43,642 bases of DNA from Paraglomus brasilianum (lineage: Eukaryota), in assembly GCA_910592345.1 (NCBI GenBank), contig CAJVPI010000196.1, positions 1 through 43,642 of the forward strand, read 5' to 3'. The position numbers and the translations under genes were made by a program. The first letter of the stretch is position 1. Each line of letters starts with the position of its first letter. The notes below the pieces were generated by a model. The model saw nothing but the letters and a program-made list of their open reading frames with translations, was not told where the DNA came from and did no database searches. Positions 36,301-43,642 of this stretch are shown piece by piece.

Positions 36301-38541
36301 CAATTGCTGCCTTTTGCGTCCTCTAGCATACGGAACAAGAATCCCAATTCACAGCATAGGCAATTTTCCTTTGGACAGACTGAACCTATATGAACTTTGG
36401 TAATCTCTCGAAGCATAGGAGTGAAGAAAAGTACTTGTAACAATGAATTGCAGTAAGAGTTTGCAATATGAGTTTCCAATCCACCGTATTGCGTTTCGTT
36501 GTAATATCTGTAAACAGAATAGTCAAATTGATCTCATCTGATGATTGCGTTAAAGCAAAATACAAACATGAGTATGCACACGAGTATCAACAAAAGGATA
36601 ACTCACTCGAAATCAAAATCATCAACACCAAATCGGCTATATTGAATCTCCACTCGTTGATAATACTTTGGCATTTTGGTCCCTGTAATGTTTCTCTCTT
36701 CTTCATCGAAGAGCTTATTTTGTTCTTGCGCACCAACACCCCTTCCCATATGCATCTCGCGTTCTTTTTCGGAGCGAAATTTGGGTTGTCCAGGCTTGTG
36801 ACCTTTTCTAGACCATTTTACTACTTCATTACGGCGTCTATTGGTGTCATTTGGTGCAAAGCCCACGAAATCTATCATCTTCATATTTGATAATATGTCT
36901 TGGTCTATCTTTGGTGGTGGTATGCCGACTTCGAATATCTTATTTGAAGGCCAAACAGATAGCAATGGTTCTTTGTAATATGGCATTCCCACTAGAGCTA
37001 ATGAACTGTATATAAAAACGAATAAGTATATTGTCTTATTTTGGCGTTATAAATATTACAAATCAGGAGACGCCTTACTCATTCTCCCCAACGTGCACTG
37101 AAGGCGGTAGAACTTGTGGTGACATTAGTTCAATTGGATTAGAGAACTCGTTCATCTTCGGCTCCTTACTGTCACCCCACAAATGTATAAAGTTGTCAGC
37201 ATCACCAAAGGCAAACATCTCGCCAGTTGATGATATGTCAATAGCATTAATGTAGCTCGTTGTGTTTGCCTGTAAACAGCACAATATCATTGGTAAACTG
37301 GCTTTCATAGAAATTAGGAAGAAACACCAGCGCGCAGAGAGAGATATTATGCGTAAAATTACATTTTGTATATAATCAGCTTACAGCGTACCTGATAGAA
37401 ACGAATGTCAGACGTATTTACCACATCAAGAACGTGAAATTGTCCCGAATGCGATACTATAAACACAGTTGTAGACAATTTGGGATGCATCCTCAAAAAA
37501 CAAGGTCCGGACGGAAACGAAATAGGTGCAAGTGGTCTCATAGTTCGGATATCGTATACTTTAACGAGTGGATCTATTATAAATGTCCCGTTTCTGGCAA
37601 ATGCACACATGTATACAATTAACAATTTCAGACTTTCAGATGGAAAAAAAAATGATTCATAGTAATGTAATATACCTCGCAGAGAATCCACACGTCAGCA
37701 GTAAATTACCAACGGTATCGATATCCGATATCGTACCAGTATGAGCTTGCACTCGATGTTCGATCTTAAATGTCTTTGGATCTCGCAAAGTTACTTGCCC
37801 TGTGGTTGCACCACAACAGACAAGTTTCGACTTTCTCATTACCACTATTTCACTTTCTGCGTCCACCTGAGCAGGAACGTAGTGTCAGTGTGATAATTAT
37901 GACGGCAGCTCTCATCGTAGTATTAGATCATTTCAATTAACAGTCTCATTACTATTATACCTTTTTGACAATTGTCCCTCTGGCAACATTAATTACTAGC
38001 ATTTGAGGCTGCCTTCCAGCTACAAGAATCTCAGAATTTGGCATTACTGTATAAGTCATACAATGTAAATCCGTCGTATCTTCATTGCTGGTTGAAAGCA
38101 AAGAGTTGCAATCATATCCAATAGACATCGAATACCACTCGTTAAGCGTCAATTTCAATACGCGTACTTATTCCCAACCTGATAGTCCATTCCCCCAATC
38201 CTCTTCTATTATTCATCTTCACTCGTCCAGAACTCAACGATATAACTCCTCGATCGCATACAAGTGTTTGCCTTACTTGCGAATCATGTGATCTAAAGCT
38301 TGTATACGGATGCATGCCAGTACCATGAAAACTAGCTACTCGACCCTTTGGAGTACATGTTCAAAAAATGAATGAATTGACGTAAAATTATCAAAGTCAG
38401 AAAGTCATATACAGACGTACTAACCTTATCGTCTCCTGTCCATAATAGCTCCTGATACGGATCAAATGCTAAAGCCGTTATAGAGTGAGAGAGAATAGCT
38501 TTAGAGTTATGTATACGTCCAATCTCATCCCATTCAGCCAT
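33310..38541 (-). CDS. PAN2: PAN2 poly(A) nuclease catalytic subunit (WD40, inactive USP-like domain, DEDDh exonuclease)
   Basis: Many exons. WD40 [69 protein letters not shown] and HDSVEDA. Confidence 0.95.
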
Positions 38542-38626
38542 GGTTGATATAAGTAAGAGGTTATGCTGGATTAGATTGCAGATCAATTGCATTTTTTGTC
38601 AAGCCACAAACGTGATTTTGATGGCA

Positions 38627-38918
38627 TATTCTTTGGAAAATAAGCAACACCTGAAAATAAGCAACACCTGAAAATAAGCAACACTTCAGAATAAATAATT
38701 TACCTTTATAAATGTATTCAATTGATTAGATTATTTTATTATTACAATAAAGAAAATTGTCGGAAATGATTAATCCGTGATATGAGTCTCATCAATGATG
38801 TCAATGATATCCTCGCCAATGACGAAGTCAGTGGTAATTTCTTTCGTTTTATTAAACTACCCGAAAATAAGCAATACTATAACAAAAAAGTGTTGCTTAT
38901 TTCCAAAGAATGCGGTAT
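38627..38918. mobile_element. MITE-like element with imperfect terminal inverted repeats and internal 17-bp tandem copies
   Basis: Left end ATTCTTTGGAAAATAAGCAACAC; right end GTGTTGCTTATTTCCAAAGAAT(GCGGTA). GAAAATAAGCAACAC occurs 3 times in tandem at 38636-38684, with a partial copy at ~38863. Confidence 0.7.
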
Positions 38919-39094
38919 ATTAGTGTCGCGTTTCGAAGTACTACTCTTCTAACATCTCGGATCGAAAATTTATCCTAACGTTATATTCTTTATAAAGTAA
39001 ACACGTCTTCGGGCTAAATGCAAAAATGGTAAGCCACATTAGGGCATATTGTAGGTGCGCATACAAGAAGTATTGCCATAAATATAACAAAATG

Positions 39095-39470
39095 AAATGC
39101 TTAACCGGGACCGATGGCTTTACGTCTGCCTTCTACCAACACGTCAAACTCCTCGCCCCAATTCTGGCATCAGTCTTTACAGTGATACATAAGTCCACTT
39201 ATTACCATCTTGGAATTGTTTCCATAGCCTTGAAGCATTCGAAGCAGCCAGAAACCCATTAGAATCGGGGTGTGATGAAAGAGAATGGTTAGGCGACTAC
39301 ATCGATCGTCCCATTGCTTTAAAGCTCAACTCAACCCATAACATTCTCGATTCCATCGTACTATTCAGCTAACAAATGAAGCTCCGATATGTGAAGCTAA
39401 TCGCCACATGTCGCCAATTAAGAAAGCCTTTTCCTAAAGGAAGAGTTTCCGACATTTATCATAGGCAACT
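39095..39470 (+). mobile_element. Non-LTR retrotransposon (L1/Tx1-like) reverse transcriptase remnant
   Basis: GTDGFTSAFYQ..KLLAPILASVF, GIVSIALK, GDY..RPIAL.LNST.NILDSI and F.KGRVSDI correspond to the early RT domains (GPDG...FY; YRPIALLN..YKI; F..GR.I.D). Heavily disrupted. Confidence 0.65.
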
Positions 39471-39804
39471 CCTGTTTTGCCAACAAAATTACAATGCCAA
39501 GCGTAACGAGAGAAGGCGCTGCCAAATGCAGCATATAGCACGACTCATCAATAGAGGACGCATCTCCGCGCCCAGAATTTGTCGGTGCCATTTCGGGCGG
39601 CCGTCGTTAGTACGCTTTCGTACTACCCATTCATGGACTTTTATCAATTTGCTTGTAAAGAGGTTCGGCACATTTAAAAATGAGATAAAGTGTCATTCTT
39701 GTCAAACGACTATTTGCATCAGCTACACATTGATGACATTTGAGACAGTCGTATTCAATATTTGTACAGAAATGTGTTATTCCTAATAAATAAGTATTCG
39801 TATC

Positions 39805-40145
39805 ATCCACATATTTGCAAAAGCAGCTTTAGAGGTCCACCTTAGTTTTACGTCTAATAAAGGACACGAAACCACATATTTGCAACACTTCAGATGGTCA
39901 TGTTTAAAGAACATAAAGAAGCAGTTATTTATATTGAACAAATGCTCTTGTCATATATTTGTAACATCTCGGACAGACGCGTTTGAAAATTATACGGAAA
40001 ATGTAAACGATTACTACATCTGGAACATCTCGGGCAGACATGTTTGAACACTATGTCTTGTAATTAAAGAAGTACTTGAATCATCTAAATATTTGTAACG
40101 TCTCAGACAGAAACGTTTGAAAATTAAGCAGAAATGTGTCAGTAT
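39805..40145 (-). repeat. Degenerate repeats encoding CxxC-like motifs
   Basis: About five variants of ATATTTGYAACRTCTCRGACAGAMRYGTTTGAA. Minus strand reads FKRVCPRCYKY and FKHVCPRCSRC. Confidence 0.5.
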
Positions 40146-43039
40146 AATTAAATAAGTACTCATATCATTATAATAATGTCTGTAATAACCAATTCCAGTT
40201 ATTTTTTAGCATTCACAAATTTATAATGTTTAGACGAACATGTCATTTACACCAGCCTTATTGGTCCTCTTGGTTGACAGGACATCGCCTGAAATGACAG
40301 GAGCAGTTAGTAAAAATATCTGGCAAGGGAGATTCAAGCCCAGTTTGAAGATGGTATTGTTTCCCCTTCCTCATCGGTGACCTTTGCTCGCTTATAATAC
40401 TATTACTCGCTTAGGACCTCTTCTTAAGGGATTCCCTAAAAATTCATATGATACGTATTGCATAAAACAACAACTTCCTTCCCACACTACCTTCTAAACC
40501 GTGTTTCTCAACTTCGCTGGTGGGGTGACATTCTGTACAACGTTTGTTTTTCGGACATTCAATGAGGAATAATACTTGCAGCAAAGTACTATAAATCAAT
40601 TGTGTGCAATTCCTTATTTGGGATCGACTCATCTATAATTCCTTTCCTATCTCCCACCCCTTCATCCCCAAATCCTTTGGTAATTGTTTTATAAAAACGA
40701 CAGCACAGATACACTTGAAATTTCCTCACCCACACTCTACAGTTAAAACTCGTACTAAAAATGACTGGTAGGCATGTTTTAGTCGTAGTTCCTGATTTTG
40801 ACATGACACATTAATCGATATCCCAATACTGCGTAATCAGGAAAGACCTACAATATCGTCTACAAAAAAGATACCAGCGACGAGGTTATTAACAAACATA
40901 TTGAACATTTGGAAAGCAATGGTAGAGTATAGAAAGAAACAGTGGCATATCTTTCTTGACACACGACGTGTGAGTGTTGTGTATGCACGGACACAGTACA
41001 AACAACTTGTTTTATTTTCTATTATACAGGCAGCGAAGTCCACAAATTAAGCCTTTACAAAGGTCTTATTGTAAAAGTCAAGGAAGACAACGTTATTCGT
41101 ACGTAAATATGTTAACGTATCTTTACATAACAACTCTTCGTCAATTAATCACTTTGCCCTGAATATACGTCCCGCAGAATCTTACCAAGTGATGGCGTCC
41201 GATCATATTGAAACTATTGAAGAAGATCAAGTTATTAGGACACAGCGATAAGCAATGACATAATGTGGCGTATAAGAAAATATTGTATATGAATATATTG
41301 TGAATCTTATTATGTTATAATATTTGACTGGTATATTGCGTGCTCCGTTATCATCTATTGTCTCATTACTTGCAATCGAACAGCCCATCCAGAATCTCCG
41401 TTTCCCAAAGGGAAAATTAACCAGTCGAGTATGAAATTTCAATAGTACTTTGCCATTGTAATGTGGAGATGTCTATAAGAAAGGCTTTACTTTTTTTTCG
41501 GCGTTTGTCAACAGAATTGATCAGGCGAACTTGAGAATGTTAATGAAATATTCCTGGCAAGTTATTTATAGATGGGACGAAAGGATTGCACTTCATGAGT
41601 CTTAACCCAAATTTTGGTTATCTCACTAATCATAAATATAAAGGCTCCAAGTATCCAGAAGTTTTCCCATGGCAGCATCATGCTTTAAAACAGTTTCAAA
41701 CATTTGACGTTTTCTTCATTATCTAATGCTTTCTCTGCTTCTTCTCGCTCCATTCATACCTCATCATCTAACTTTCTACCTTTGCTTCTAACTCCTTATT
41801 TTTTAGTTCCAATTTTGCTATTTGATCCTCATACTTTTCCTTTTTGTTCAAACTTTTGAGTATTTAAATCGGAGATTTTTGACCAACTTCCTGCATAATT
41901 TGAAGCTAAGTCATTTGAACAATCAATAAACCTTCTAACATTTCCTCAACAGCAATGTTGTCAAATCAAATTCTTTTACAATTTTTAGTTCACTCTCGAG
42001 TTTCATTAGGATCTATTGCCATTCTTAATTTGCCTTCATCCATTCATTTTCTGTTTAATTTTTTATATCATCATGTTCCCCTAGGAGCATACATACTAAC
42101 CTCACCCTTTTCATCAATAGACTGACCAGTAACATGTCAGATTTTTAACTTTTGAGTTCTTCAACTTGTTCTCTTTTTTTATTGAGGTTGTTAATATACT
42201 TGTATCCTTTTCATTTGGTATTTCCTTTATAGGGGTATATTAAGTATATAATTATTTTAATATTTAAGTTTTAAGAATTAAAAACAGGAAAAGTTAGCGA
42301 GATTCGTTGAAAAATTAGATGGAGAATGTCGGACTAGCTTACACCTGGGAGAGCAGCGGTGTACTAGCCGTTTTGGGATTTAGTTCTTTTCCAACGGAAG
42401 CTTTTGCTTTTCCTACTTCAAACTAAATATCGATACAATTAGCGACCTTTAACTAGAATTTATACTCACGATCTATACTATCGATATCTAAACTGTTAAC
42501 AATAATTAAACAATATAACCCTGAATGCAAAAGTACTAAATAGAATTAATCGGCAAGAATAAATTCTATTTACCGTCGGCAGGAAAAGCGTTTTACACTT
42601 CACCAACGATACTAAGTATCTTTTATCAGGGAATAACGAAATAATAATGTTTATTTTTAAATCGGATTTTTATTAGAATAAAAGAGAACTATCCTAATAG
42701 CAACGTCTTGCTGAATGATCTGATCTGAAAATTCTGATCTCTGAAGACGATTTTTAGCTCTCGACTACGACTCGTATTTATAACTAATTATCGTGTCAAG
42801 AATTTTGGCCAAATGGGGCGATTTTGTGGTTGTCAAGACTGTTAAGAATTGGAGATTTTCGTACCACTAATAGAATCTAAAATAGACACCAAGATCCGGA
42901 GTAATGTCATTACTCTTAAGGACATTAGGACTAGCGGAAATCACGGAGGAACACGTACGTCGTACTTAGCTTAGGCCTTGATCCTGACAAGAACTTAATG
43001 ACAGCAAGGAAATTAATGAGCATTGAAGTTATGGAGAGG

Positions 43040-43509
43040 TTGCCAGCATAGGTTTGTTTTGGACAAGTAATATCTTTGAATTCATCTCTAACGAATGGGA
43101 GAATATTATGATAAAGATATTCTTGTCTTTTATAACCCAAAGGAGGAGGGGTTAGTACTAGGATGAAAAAGGATTTAATTTCTTTGATAATTTCAGAAAC
43201 ACATTGCTTTTCTGGTTTTTAATAAATTAAATTCAGTCAAAGCACCATTAGCAACCATCTGAGCTTTGACAATTCTAGATTAGTTGCTTCAAAAACAAAA
43301 TGCCGATATTTTTGTAAACCATTTAATTTTTAAAGAAAATCTCCAATACAGAGTTAAGATCCAATATTGAAAGCCTTTGCCGTTTTCATCGCACTGAGCC
43401 TTGTTTAATCCCGCTGTACTTGATTTTTCACAACCTCAACAATATGTTTTACACAATCTACCATTTTTTTCGGTATGATTTTTTAATTAATCCGAAACTA
43501 CCATCAAAC
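43040..43509 (-). mobile_element. DDE transposase C-terminal remnant (Sola-like/DUF7869-like)
   Basis: FDGSFGLIKKSYRKKMVDCVKHIVEVV...GLQKYRHFVFEA...PLGYKRQEYLYHNILPFVRDEFKDITCPK; frameshifted. The family name is tentative. Confidence 0.55.
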
Positions 43510-43642
43510 TACATAGGCAAACTCGATAAGTCGGACGCTCGATAAGTCGGACAAAAATTTTCGGCCCCTTTTTTGAATAGTTAAAAAATTTCGATAAGTC
43601 GGACGACATATATAAAATCGCGATAAGTCGTAACTCGGACAA
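43510..43642. mobile_element. End of a TA-inserting DNA transposon or MITE with subterminal TCGATAAGTCGGAC repeats; runs off the window
   Basis: TA at 43510-43511, then TCGATAAGTCGGAC at 43523, 43539 and 43591, and a variant at 43621. It interrupts the preceding transposase reading frame. Confidence 0.6.

Noticed and set aside
36468..38291. Plus-strand ORFs in the PAN2 region, and similar antisense ORFs elsewhere
   Set aside because: They are antisense shadows of real spliced genes with no recognisable motifs.
40380..42130. Coding-like degenerate sequence with short ORFs
   Set aside because: Probably pseudogene or TE debris, but I could not recognise any family.
42135..42989. Possible solo LTR bounded by TGTCAG...CTGACA
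   Set aside because: The flanks (TAACA vs AGAAC) give no target-site duplication and no PBS or PPT was identified. The region is probably TE-derived, but the boundaries are unsupported.
43523..43642. TCGATAAGTCGGAC repeats (and the GAAAATAAGCAACAC repeats at 38636) as CRISPR arrays
   Set aside because: The repeats are too short and irregularly spaced, there are no cas genes, and the context is eukaryotic. They are better explained as transposon ends.

Overview
Eukaryotic nuclear DNA: AT-rich, with many short GT-AG introns. Most likely an early-diverging fungus, probably an arbuscular mycorrhizal fungus (Glomeromycotina); this is inferred from the HRDLHSKN-type tyrosine-kinase-like genes, TPR and kinase remnants, and the transposon debris. 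About 12 intact spliced genes are visible: a DUF4476-like protein, a disordered repeat protein, ERJ5, a kinase-ankyrin fusion, SCJ1, MRPS17, a divergent histone H4, an INTS5-like protein, EMP24, a DMAC1-like protein, RCF2 and PAN2. Pseudogenes and mobile-element relics lie at both ends of the window and between genes. The most notable items are: a decayed Fanzor2/IS607-TnpB-type RNA-guided nuclease with a 3' G-U-rich hairpin (candidate omegaRNA remnant) at about 12.66-13.15 kb; an unpaired, highly divergent histone H4 variant; an Integrator subunit 5 homolog; a triplicated signal-peptide module at 20.5-21.2 kb; and a short, possibly bacterial uL22-like fragment. All family assignments come from recognising motifs by eye, not from database searches.
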